46,366 bases of DNA from Chlamydiota bacterium (GTDB taxonomy: Bacteria > Chlamydiota > Chlamydiia > Chlamydiales > JAAKFR01). The position numbers and the translations under genes are program-made. Below are positions 26,265 through 34,384 of the stretch, piece by piece; position 1 is the stretch's first letter; each line of letters begins with the position of its first letter. The DNA lies in assembly GCA_011064935.1 (NCBI GenBank), contig JAAKFT010000001.1, positions 1 to 46,366 of the forward strand, written 5' to 3'. The notes beneath the pieces were generated by a model. It saw nothing but the letters and a program-made list of their open reading frames with translations, was not told the DNA's origin and made no database searches.

Positions 26265-27590
26265 ATGGCAATAATGTTACATATTTCTTCAACAGGATTA
26301 TCATATAATTTGTCTTTTGAGGCCCAAGCTCTCGATTTGGCCATTCTCCCGCAAACTAAGCGACGTACTGTTTGGTTAGATTCTTTACGACCTGCAAAGC
26401 TTTTAAATCGCGCTATTTCTGTGACTGAAGTTGTAGTTGTTATATTTCAGCAGGCAATGCTTACGATGAGCGCCGAGGAAACGCTAGCCACTCTGAAAAC
26501 AATCGGGGGTGTTTGTAGGCGCTGGCGTGCAATAAGAGATTGTCACCTGCTCCCAGAGATTCTTCGAGGAATAGAGCAGAACAAACCACCTATGCAGAAT
26601 ATAATGGGTAAGTTGCTCCAGGGCAGATGGAAAGATAATCAAAAGGCTTGTGAGCTATTTGAGGCCGCAGCCAAGCGAGAACATGCAGATGCACAATTTA
26701 ACCTAGGATTGTGCTGCGAGCACGGCGACGGTGTGAAAGAAGATCTCGCTAAGGCAGTTGGGTGGTATCAACGAGCGGCTAATCAAGGACATGCGGGCGC
26801 TCAACATCGCCTAGCATGCTATTACCTTAACGCAGAAAGAAATCTCGCCGAGGCAGTTGAACTGCTGCAAAAAGCTGTTGACCAAGGACATGCAGGCGCT
26901 CAACATCGCCTAGCATGCTGTTACCGGAGTGGCGACGGTGTGAAAAGAAATCTCGCCGAGGCAGTTGAACTGCTGCAAAAAGCTGTTGACCAAGGACATG
27001 CAGGCGCTCAAAATAGTCTAGCATGCTATTACCATCACGGCCAAGGTGTGAAAAGAAATCACGCAAAGACAGTCGAATTACTGCAAAAAGCTGCTGGCCA
27101 AGGAGATGCTGACGCTCAAAATAACCTAGGATGGTGCTACCATCTCGGCGAAGGTGTAGAAAGAGATTTCGCAAAGGCAGCTGGATGGTATCAAAAAGCT
27201 GCTGACCAAGGAGATCTAAGTGGTCAATTTCACTTAGGACGGTGCTACCTCCGCGGCGAAGGTGTAGAAAGCGATTTCGCAAAGGCAGCTAGATGGTTTA
27301 AATATCCTGCCCTGATAGGACATGCAAAAGCTCAATACAACTTAGGAGTGTGCTATCAGCACGGCCAAGGTGTACGCAAAGATCTTAGAATGGCAGCTGA
27401 ATGGTTTCGAGCAGCTGCTAAGAAAGGACATGCAAAAGCTCAATACAACATAGGAGTGTGCTATCAGCACGGCGAAGGTGTAGACAGAGATCGCTTCAAG
27501 GCAGCTGAATGGTTTCGAGCAGCTGCTAAGAAAGGACATGCAAAAGCTCAATACAACTTAGACCATGCCAGGAAATGCGTGCTCCTTTAA
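26265..27590 (+). CDS. Sel1-like (SLR/TPR-type) repeat protein with an F-box-like N-terminal segment (effector candidate)
   Basis: About 8-9 units of A(Q/E)..L(G/A).CY..G.GV..(D/N)...A..W(Y/F).(K/R)AA.QGHA.AQ. The N-terminus EVVVVIFQQAML...LKTIGGVCRRWRAIRD resembles an F-box (VCkrWr). The start could be the ATG at 26274, which has better RBS spacing. Confidence 0.75.
   Translation: MAIMLHISSTGLSYNLSFEAQALDLAILPQTKRRTVWLDSLRPAKLLNRAISVTEVVVVIFQQAMLTMSAEETLATLKTIGGVCRRWRAIRDCHLLPEILRGIEQNKPPMQNIMGKLLQGRWKDNQKACELFEAAAKREHADAQFNLGLCCEHGDGVKEDLAKAVGWYQRAANQGHAGAQHRLACYYLNAERNLAEAVELLQKAVDQGHAGAQHRLACCYRSGDGVKRNLAEAVELLQKAVDQGHAGAQNSLACYYHHGQGVKRNHAKTVELLQKAAGQGDADAQNNLGWCYHLGEGVERDFAKAAGWYQKAADQGDLSGQFHLGRCYLRGEGVESDFAKAARWFKYPALIGHAKAQYNLGVCYQHGQGVRKDLRMAAEWFRAAAKKGHAKAQYNIGVCYQHGEGVDRDRFKAAEWFRAAAKKGHAKAQYNLDHARKCVLL
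26841..27056. repeat. 108-bp in-frame tandem repeat (36-aa Sel1 unit), two near-identical copies; a second family lies at about 27321-27560
   Basis: aatctcgccgaggcagttgaactgctgcaaaaagctgttgaccaaggacatgcaggcgctcaa occurs at 26841 and 26949. catgcaaaagctcaatacaac.taggagtgtgctatcagcacgg occurs at about 27321 and 27429. Confidence 0.9.
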
Positions 27591-27672
27591 TCATCCCTAC
27601 CCTCAGGATCTAGGCTACACCCAGGGAAAATGCATTAAAAATTGGGCATGGTTCAAAAACCGGCATTTTTGG

Positions 27673-27727
27673 GTAATACTAATGGAAGAAAATAAAGTTG
27701 CAAAATCGGGTCGGATAGCGTGGCAGA
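27673..27727. repeat. left 55-bp inverted repeat (partner at 28404-28458)
   Basis: gtaatactaatggaagaaaataaagttgcaaaatcgggtcggatagcgtggcaga. The reverse complement of 28404-28458 differs at 2 positions. Confidence 0.9.
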
Positions 27728-27790
27728 AATGTGCAAGTTATTTTTGCACGATTCCTAATACCGTTTCGGAAAAATACCTGCTTTCTTGTG

Positions 27791-27820
27791 TTGAAAAAAT
27801 ACAAACTTAAACGATAGAAT
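27791..27820 (+). promoter_or_regulatory. sigma-70-like promoter candidate for the small ORF at 27849
   Basis: TTGAAA (27791-27796), an 18-nt spacer, then TAGAAT (27815-27820). This is followed by AGGAG (27837-27841) 7 nt before the ATG. Confidence 0.45.
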
Positions 27821-27848
27821 GCCATGCTTTTAAAACAGGAGCCATTTC

Positions 27849-27989
27849 ATGCCAATCGAAAAAGCAGTTGTTCACTTCAACGTTTCCGGTTCAACACATA
27901 CAACTTCATCCACTGCTACTGTCGACGAGGCAGTTCAAGCCGCTGTTGCAGAACTTCTGAAGGAGGGGGGCTTTGACATTGAACTTTAG
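27849..27989 (+). CDS. small ORF (46 aa) inside the inverted-repeat-bounded segment; unknown function
   Basis: Below the ORF-track length cutoff. MPIEKAVVHFNVSGSTHTTSSTATVDEAVQAAVAELLKEGGFDIEL, with a good RBS and promoter-like boxes. It ends just after a G6 tract (27965-27970). Confidence 0.45.
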   Translation: MPIEKAVVHFNVSGSTHTTSSTATVDEAVQAAVAELLKEGGFDIEL

Positions 27990-28206
27990 TGTAGCCACAC
28001 GTACGTATACCTTTACACGAGAGAACTCAGAGAGACGTGTAAGTTATAGGCACATGGAAGGTACTATTGTACCTAGGATCACGACTGCAGCTATCCGTGT
28101 CGGACTTTTACTATCTTCTAGATGCCAATTTTTGAGCCCTGAAACCCCGGATCAAACGCTTGATGCTATCTTTCTCAATGTGGTGGCTCGGCTCTCTGGA
28201 GACTAA
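27973..28206 (+). CDS. 77-aa ORF (TTG start) in the +1 frame relative to the 46-aa ORF; possibly the downstream half of a split gene
   Basis: From the ORF track. It has no RBS of its own. Loss of one G in the G6 tract would fuse it to the 46-aa ORF (about 118 aa in total). Confidence 0.3.
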   Translation: MTLNFSVATRTYTFTRENSERRVSYRHMEGTIVPRITTAAIRVGLLLSSRCQFLSPETPDQTLDAIFLNVVARLSGD

Positions 28207-28403
28207 GGGCTCGTACAGAAATAATTTACCCATTTCTGCTAACACACAATCTTCATCTGCTTTGTTGCAAATTCTTGCAAACTAATAAGTTTATACTAAT
28301 TGCAAAAAATAAAGTTACAAACACGAGCCGTCTAACGGGTCATCTTCGGTCCATCCTTTCTCGTTCATATTTAAAAATATGAGCTTCGAAACGATAGCCC
28401 AAA

Positions 28404-28458
28404 TCTGCCACGCTATCCGACCCGTTTTTGTAACTTTATTTTCTTCCATTAGTATTAC
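28404..28458. repeat. right 55-bp inverted repeat (partner at 27673-27727); a partial third copy lies at 28306-28330 in the left-arm orientation
   Basis: tctgccacgctatccgacccgtttttgtaactttattttcttccattagtattac. Confidence 0.9.
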
Positions 28459-28527
28459 ATGCGAATCTGCGCCGCGCATCTGAAGCGCTGAGTTATCAGA
28501 AATACCCAACTTATTTCTTCCCGAGCC

Positions 28528-29106
28528 CTAATTCCGCACAACCTCAAGAATAGTGATTGACTCCACGGGGACATTATCGTGTCCCTTTTTTGTGGTGGTG
28601 GGACACTTTTTGATTTTCTCGACAACGTCCATTCCTGAGATCACCTTTCCAAAAACACAGTAGCCAAAACCGTTCGGAGTTGGATTGCGGTAGTTGAGGC
28701 CGTCATTGTCCGAAACGTTGATAAAAAACTGGCTGGTCGCTGAGTGAATATCAGAAGTGCGAGCCATCGCTATTGTACCCCGTTTATTCGGCAATCGATT
28801 ATCGGCCTCATTGCGAATAGGATCATGGTTCTTTTTCTCGTCCATCTCTGCAGTTAATCCCCCACCTTGAACCATAAAGCCATCGATCACACGGTGGAAA
28901 ATCGTCCCATTATAGAATTTTTCGTCAGCGTATTGCAGGAAGTTTTTTACAGAAAAAGGGGCCTCTTTTTCAAGCAGTTCGACTTGAATATCTCCCATTG
29001 AGGTTTTTACGGTTACGGTTGGATTAGTCATAGTTTCGCTCCTTTTTTCATTGGCTTGACATGCGGTAAAAAGAAGGGTAACGCAGATAAGTAGTATCGT
29101 TCGCAT
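28528..29106 (-). CDS. cyclophilin-type peptidyl-prolyl cis-trans isomerase, probable lipoprotein
   Basis: [14 protein letters not shown] and ATSQFFIN cyclophilin motifs. Signal [24 protein letters not shown] upstream of the ATG at 29106; the ORF track extends to 29136. Confidence 0.9.
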   Translation of the reverse strand: MRTILLICVTLLFTACQANEKRSETMTNPTVTVKTSMGDIQVELLEKEAPFSVKNFLQYADEKFYNGTIFHRVIDGFMVQGGGLTAEMDEKKNHDPIRNEADNRLPNKRGTIAMARTSDIHSATSQFFINVSDNDGLNYRNPTPNGFGYCVFGKVISGMDVVEKIKKCPTTTKKGHDNVPVESITILEVVRN

Positions 29107-29198
29107 TTCTCTCTCCTGTTGAAATTGACCGCACATTTTAACGAGTGCTAACTCTAAAGTCGAGCTAAAAAAACGCTTTTCTGATAAGTTGGCGAACT

Positions 29199-29942
29199 AT
29201 GCAGATCACGCACATCCTTGAAGAGTTAGCCTTTGACATGGGAGAACTGCCTCGAGAAGCCATCGAAGCAGCTATTGCAAAGCGAAAAGCAATGACTCCC
29301 CATCTACTCCAAATCTTGAGCGACGCCGTCGAACGGATCGACGAAATTATCGAAAACGACAACTATCAGGGACATCTCTACGCCATGTACCTTTTGGCGC
29401 AATATCGAGAGCCGGCCGCTTTTCCTTTGATTCTCAAGTTAATCTCCTTTCCCGGTGAGATCCCTCATGTGATCTTGGGAGATGTTCTGACCGAAGATCT
29501 CAGCCGGATTCTAGCGAGTGTTTGCGAAGGCAATATCCTTCCAATTCAGCAGTTGATCGAAAATCCACTAATTAATGAATACGTCCGAGCGGCTGGGCAG
29601 TCCAGCTTGGTCACTCTTGTGGGGTGTGGATTGCTCTCGCGAAAAACCATTATTCCCTATTTTGGAACACTTATGACGCAATTACTGGAAAGGCGTCGCT
29701 CGTATGTTTGGGACAATCTCATTTCCTGTTGCTGTGATCTCTATCCCATCGAAATATTGGATGCGATTATTTCGGTCTTTGATGAAGAGTTGGCGGATAG
29801 CGAGTTTATTACACTCGAAGACGTGCAGGCTATTCTCGATAAAAAGCAAGAAGACCATCTTTTTAAACTCTTTCAGAACGCTGAGCTTATCGAAGATACC
29901 GTCACCGAAATGGAGAAATGGCTCTCTTCTCCCACTTATTAA
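29199..29942 (+). CDS. conserved hypothetical protein, DUF1186-like
   Basis: ILEELAFDMGELPREAIEAAIAKRKAMTPHLLQIL...YQGHLYAMYLLAQYREPAAFPLILKLISFPGE...LGDVLTEDLSRILASVC resembles the DUF1186 pattern as I remember it. Confidence 0.5.
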   Translation: MQITHILEELAFDMGELPREAIEAAIAKRKAMTPHLLQILSDAVERIDEIIENDNYQGHLYAMYLLAQYREPAAFPLILKLISFPGEIPHVILGDVLTEDLSRILASVCEGNILPIQQLIENPLINEYVRAAGQSSLVTLVGCGLLSRKTIIPYFGTLMTQLLERRRSYVWDNLISCCCDLYPIEILDAIISVFDEELADSEFITLEDVQAILDKKQEDHLFKLFQNAELIEDTVTEMEKWLSSPTY

Positions 29943-29982
29943 ATGGGGTCAGACGTGCACAATTGCACGTCTGACCCCATTT
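29941..29982 (+). terminator. perfect 19-bp stem / 4-nt loop hairpin straddling the stop codon of 29199..29942
   Basis: aaatggggtcagacgtgca-caat-tgcacgtctgaccccattt. The T-run lies within the stem end rather than after it, so intrinsic terminator function is plausible but not certain. Confidence 0.5.
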
Positions 29983-30043
29983 CCAGTATTGATTATTTTC
30001 ACCCTCATAGGGTAATTTGTGCAGCAAAAAATAGGATCTCATC

Positions 30044-31450
30044 GTGAAGCAAAAACCTACCGTTACCCTACTCATCACCTTCCTTATTGGTCTCGTCCTC
30101 TGGTTTACCCCGCACTCCGCAGAGCTCTCTCCCCAAGCATGGCACCTCTTTGCTATCTTCGTGGCCACTATTATCGGGATTATCCTGAAGCCACTTCCTA
30201 TTGGCGCAATGGCGATCTTGGCAATAAGTGTTGCAACGATAACCAAAACGCTCTCTCTCAGCGATGTTCTCTCGGGCTTTCATAGTGAAATTGTATGGTT
30301 GGTCATCTTTGCCTTCTCCATCTCACGAGGCTTTATTAAAACCGGTCTTGGCAAGCGCATCGCCTACTATTTTGTAGCTCTGATGGGCAAGAAAACCCTC
30401 GGGTTAAGCTATGGTCTTCTCGTGGGTGACCTGATCCTTGCTCCCGCGATTCCTAGTACGACAGCGAGGACAGGTGGCGTGATCTTCCCTATTGCACAGG
30501 GGCTGGCCAAATCTTTTGGTAGTGATCCTAATCTCGGCACCGAGCGTAAGATCGGTTCCTTTTTGATGAAGGTTGCCTATCAAGGCTCTGTGATCACAAG
30601 CGCCATGTTTTTGACCGCCATGGCAGCCAATCCTCTAATCGCTAGCTTCACCCAAGATGCTGGCTTTTCTATCAGCTGGGGTCAGTGGGCATTGGGTGGA
30701 GCTCTGCCAGGGCTTTTGAGCCTCCTTGTTATGCCTTGGGTGGTCTACAAACTCTACCCACCGGAGATACACGACACCCCTCATGCCGCCGAATTTGCAA
30801 AGAATAAACTGAAGGAGATGGGGAGGCCCTCAAAATCTGAATGGCTAATGTTCGGAGTCTTCGTTCTCCTCCTTGTTCTCTGGATTTTTGGCTCACTCTT
30901 CTCCATCCCCGCCACAGTCGCTGCCATGTGTGGCCTCTCGTTGCTGCTTGTTCTTTCCGTTCTCGACTGGAAGGACATCCTGGCCGAGACAAAAGCTTGG
31001 GATACCTTTATTTGGTTTGCCATCTTGATCATGCTAGCCACCTTTCTCAACAAGTTGGGTTTTATGGGATGGTTTAGTGAGCAGGTAGTCGAAGCGATCT
31101 CCGGTTTCAATCCGATTCTCGCCTTTGCGATTCTCTTTCTGGTCTACTTCTACTCTCACTATCTCTTTGCGAGCAACACCGCCCACGTGAGTGCCATGTA
31201 TCCCGCGTTTTTGATGGTAGCAATTAGTTTAGGAATGCCCTCGGGCTTTGTGATCCTAGCCTTCGCCTTCTCAAGCAGTCTAATGGGTGGCTTGACCCAT
31301 TACGGCAGTGGGCCTGCTCCTCTCTACTTTGGATCGGGTTATATTCCCATCAAAGCGTGGTGGAGAGTTGGTTTTTTCGTCAGTATTGTGAATATTGCCA
31401 TCTGGATTGGGGTCGGAAGCCTATGGTGGAAGCTGCTCGGATTTTACTAA
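30044..31450 (+). CDS. ybhI: DASS-family anion/dicarboxylate transporter (2-oxoglutarate/malate translocator-like, YbhI-like)
   Basis: 468 aa and polytopic. APAIPSTTARTGGVIFPI and ASNTAHVSAMYP correspond to the two DASS hairpin motifs. GTG start. Confidence 0.8.
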   Translation: MKQKPTVTLLITFLIGLVLWFTPHSAELSPQAWHLFAIFVATIIGIILKPLPIGAMAILAISVATITKTLSLSDVLSGFHSEIVWLVIFAFSISRGFIKTGLGKRIAYYFVALMGKKTLGLSYGLLVGDLILAPAIPSTTARTGGVIFPIAQGLAKSFGSDPNLGTERKIGSFLMKVAYQGSVITSAMFLTAMAANPLIASFTQDAGFSISWGQWALGGALPGLLSLLVMPWVVYKLYPPEIHDTPHAAEFAKNKLKEMGRPSKSEWLMFGVFVLLLVLWIFGSLFSIPATVAAMCGLSLLLVLSVLDWKDILAETKAWDTFIWFAILIMLATFLNKLGFMGWFSEQVVEAISGFNPILAFAILFLVYFYSHYLFASNTAHVSAMYPAFLMVAISLGMPSGFVILAFAFSSSLMGGLTHYGSGPAPLYFGSGYIPIKAWWRVGFFVSIVNIAIWIGVGSLWWKLLGFY

Positions 31451-31465
31451 TCCGAATTCAGGTTA

Positions 31466-32164
31466 TTAGGCCATGTCGAAGAGGAGAAGCTCTCCGCTTT
31501 CGAGACAATGAACCTCGATGGACTCTTCGTCCGAGAGTGCAGCCCCATCTCCTACATGCAGAGGGGTCTCTTGGACCAAGAAACGACCTGAGATGACCTG
31601 AAGCCAGTAGTGGCGGCCAGGAAAAGTCTCAAAGGTGAGCGCTTCGTTTTCATCCAAAAGGGTGGCGTAGAGATCAACGTCTTGATAGATTCGCACCGAA
31701 CCTTCCCTGCCATTGCTTGAGCCCATCAAACACCATTGCCCCCACTTTGAGGCAGAACTAAATATTTTTTGGTCAAAACCAGGTTCAAGCCCTATCTGGT
31801 TGGGGGTGATCCATGCTTGAAGATAGTGAACAGGAACTTGATGGGAGAGATTATAGGCCCTATGGGCAAGTCCGGTTCCTGCAGTGATTTTTTGGATCTC
31901 GCCAGGCCGAATAACTGTAGAATTGCCCAAGCTATCGTTATACTCCAAGACCCCCTCAAGAACATAGGTAATGATCTCCATATCTTTATGACTAATAAGT
32001 CCAAAACCTTTGCCTGGCTTGACTCTATTTTCATTCAAGACGCGGAGTGAGCGGAAGTTGAGATAGTCGGGGTCGTAATAACTTTCAAAAGAGAAGGAGT
32101 GAGAAGATTGCAACCACCCCTTATCATCTTTCCCTCGCTCTTCTGATGGACGCAGTTTCATCAT
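31466..32164 (-). CDS. pirin-family protein (YhhW-like)
   Basis: Collinear with E. coli YhhW as I recall it: ERG...GWL.S.H.FSF..YYDP....F..LRV.N......G.GFG...HKDMEI.TYVLEG..E..DS.GN. Confidence 0.85.
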   Translation of the reverse strand: MMKLRPSEERGKDDKGWLQSSHSFSFESYYDPDYLNFRSLRVLNENRVKPGKGFGLISHKDMEIITYVLEGVLEYNDSLGNSTVIRPGEIQKITAGTGLAHRAYNLSHQVPVHYLQAWITPNQIGLEPGFDQKIFSSASKWGQWCLMGSSNGREGSVRIYQDVDLYATLLDENEALTFETFPGRHYWLQVISGRFLVQETPLHVGDGAALSDEESIEVHCLESGELLLFDMA

Positions 32165-32250
32165 ATTTCAGAAGATATCGCAATATTTTTTATTGCTCAA
32201 GTTTTGCTCTTGCTCTAACCTAATTGAGATCTGCACACAGGAGAAAAATA

Positions 32251-32952
32251 ATGAAAAAATTGGCGTTTTTGCTCTGCCTTGTCTCGTCATTTACCTTTCT
32301 TAGCCTACATGCCGCTGAAGCCAAAGAGAATGAGTCGACTTACAAGCCTAAAGATTACTCCCGCCTCATAGGCATGCCGGGTTTTAGTGACGAAGCCCTC
32401 AAAATGCATTTCAAACTCTACCAAGGCTACGTGACCAACACCAACATGCTCTTGGGACTCATCAAACAGTACGCCGCCGAAGGAAAAGACAAAACAGCCC
32501 CATATGCCGAAATAAAACGAAGAGTCATGTGGGAATTTGATGGGATGCGTCTCCACGAAGACTATTTTTCAAATCTAGGAGGAAAAGGGACCAGCCTGGA
32601 GGGTGACTCCCCGCTCTACAGACAAATCGTTCAGGATTTCACAAGTTTTGAGAAGTGGAAGAGTGACTTTATGGCCACTGGTGCGATGAGAGGAATAGGA
32701 TGGGCTGTCTTAGTCTTTGATCCTGTCAGCAAAAGACTTTTCAACAACTGGATTAACGAACATGATCGTGGACACCTCGCTGGTGGAGAGCCCATTTTGA
32801 TTATGGATGTCTTTGAACACGCCTACTTGCTTGACTATGGGCTAGATCGAGGAAAATATATTCAAAGCTTCTTTGACAACATTGACTGGAATGTTGTGTC
32901 CAAAAGATTTTCAGAACAAAAAGAGCAGGAGAACAAGGCTGATGAGACGTAA
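32251..32952 (+). CDS. Fe/Mn superoxide dismutase-family protein with an N-terminal signal peptide
   Basis: C-terminal GWAVLV...PILIMDVFEHAYLLDYGLDRGKYIQSFFDNIDWNVVSKRF (compare SodB DVWEHAYYIDYRN.R..Y....W..V.W..V). N-terminal MHFK.YQGYVTNTN. Signal MKKLAFLLCLVSSFTFLSLHAAEA. AGGAG-like RBS before the ATG at 32251. Confidence 0.75.
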   Translation: MKKLAFLLCLVSSFTFLSLHAAEAKENESTYKPKDYSRLIGMPGFSDEALKMHFKLYQGYVTNTNMLLGLIKQYAAEGKDKTAPYAEIKRRVMWEFDGMRLHEDYFSNLGGKGTSLEGDSPLYRQIVQDFTSFEKWKSDFMATGAMRGIGWAVLVFDPVSKRLFNNWINEHDRGHLAGGEPILIMDVFEHAYLLDYGLDRGKYIQSFFDNIDWNVVSKRFSEQKEQENKADET

Positions 32953-33604
32953 GGCTGCGGGCCTTGAAGTTTACGAAAGTATAGGCGAAAAAGAGGCTCC
33001 AACGATATTGCTTTTTCATGGTTATGGCGCCAATGGCATGGATATCGCTCCTGTCTGTGGTATCGACCCCAAGTTTAACTGGTTTTTCCCTACCGGCCCC
33101 ATCAAGGTACCCCAAGCTGACAGGGGATGGTTCCCCCTCAATATCGAAGCATTAAAACAGGCATTTGAAGAGAAAAACCCCGGAATTGTTACTGAAGCCT
33201 TCCCAGAAGAATTGTCACAGGCAAGAGAGCTGGGAGAGCGGTTGATAGCGGAACTGAATATTCCGCTATCAAAATTGTTTATCGGCGGCTTTAGCCAAGG
33301 GGCGGTTTTGGCCACCGAGATCGCTCTAAATCTTCCAGAGAAACCGGCCGGCCTACTTCTCTTTTCGGGGACACTGATCAACGAAGAGAAGTGGAAGAGT
33401 CTTGCGAAAAAATGTGCAGGAATGCCCTTTTTTCAGACCCACGGAAAAGACGATCCCATTCTACCGATCAACAGAGCAGAAGCCCTCGAGCAACTTTTTC
33501 TAGAAGCGGGCTTAAAAGGACATCTCCAGCGTTTCTCTGGGGGTCATGAAATTCCTCCCTCGATCTTTGCAGATCTCCACAAGTTTTTACTCAATCATGG
33601 ATGA
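32943..33604 (+). CDS. alpha/beta hydrolase, phospholipase/carboxylesterase family
   Basis: ILLFHGYGANG, nucleophile elbow GGFSQGA, HGKDDPILP and GGHEI. The ATG at 32943 overlaps the preceding stop by 10 nt; the ORF track extends to 32873. Confidence 0.8.
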
Positions 33605-33610
33605 TTAGTT

Positions 33611-34384
33611 ATGAGTTCATCTTTAACAGCAGTAAGTACTCATGCCGATGTGTATAAAGACGTTGCAAACACAGAAGAGGTCGATCCTTTTAACACAGTG
33701 AGTATTATTGCGATTGATGATGATGGCCTAACAAGTGGCTGCGGCCTTTTGAACTGTTGTCCAAGGAGCAAGCAACAAGCCTTTGTACAGCGTACAATTA
33801 GGATGGTTGAAAGACTAAGAATCAAATTTCGTGATGGATTTGATCACACCAACCTCTCTGGAACTTATCGCGCACATATTGGTAAAGGCCTAAAACTTGA
33901 GCTAAATGGCACGATGCGAACCATCTCTCTGGAAGAGAGCAGCTGTTCGAGGGCATTGCTGGTGAAAATTATTGAGATTGTAGAAAACGTTGGCATGCTG
34001 ATCGCCTCTCCTCATGTTCCATTTAATGAGCAGGCCGATAAACTTGAGAAACCATTCCTGTCTGCCGATCAACAAAATCAACTCCTATTGCCTGCCACTA
34101 AGACTGAGAGTTCGGGAAGTACCAGATGGCTCGAAAAGTTAGAGCAGCCTACATTCTTGACTAAGGAAGAGTTTGATCGATTGGACAAAATGATCTCAAA
34201 AAATGACGCTGAGCCTGTGAGAGCAGTTCAATTATTTTTAAAAAGCATTAACCTGCAACACCTGCAAGGAGATATTCCGGCGCTAGTTATTCTTCAAGCT
34301 ATGACGATCAATGCATTTAGGTGCGCTGATGCCTATCTACGAGAACAATTGTTTCCGAAGCTATACCAGGTTTGTAACAGATAA
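33611..34384 (+). CDS. hypothetical protein (possibly the N-terminal part of a split gene)
   Basis: 257-aa ORF with no recognisable motifs. Overlaps the next ORF by 74 nt in a different frame. Confidence 0.5.
   Translation: MSSSLTAVSTHADVYKDVANTEEVDPFNTVSIIAIDDDGLTSGCGLLNCCPRSKQQAFVQRTIRMVERLRIKFRDGFDHTNLSGTYRAHIGKGLKLELNGTMRTISLEESSCSRALLVKIIEIVENVGMLIASPHVPFNEQADKLEKPFLSADQQNQLLLPATKTESSGSTRWLEKLEQPTFLTKEEFDRLDKMISKNDAEPVRAVQLFLKSINLQHLQGDIPALVILQAMTINAFRCADAYLREQLFPKLYQVCNR

Noticed and set aside
26827-27282. 151-aa minus-strand ORF with repeats.
   Set aside because: It is antisense to the Sel1 repeat array. The sense strand carries the well-formed Sel1 consensus.
27565-27810. 81-aa + ORF and 64-aa minus ORF (28315..28509) sharing VILMEENKV.K.GRIAWQ, which suggests a paralogous small-protein pair.
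   Set aside because: The shared peptide is simply the translation of the 55-bp inverted repeat in both orientations. Sequence outside the repeat is unrelated, and neither ORF has an RBS.
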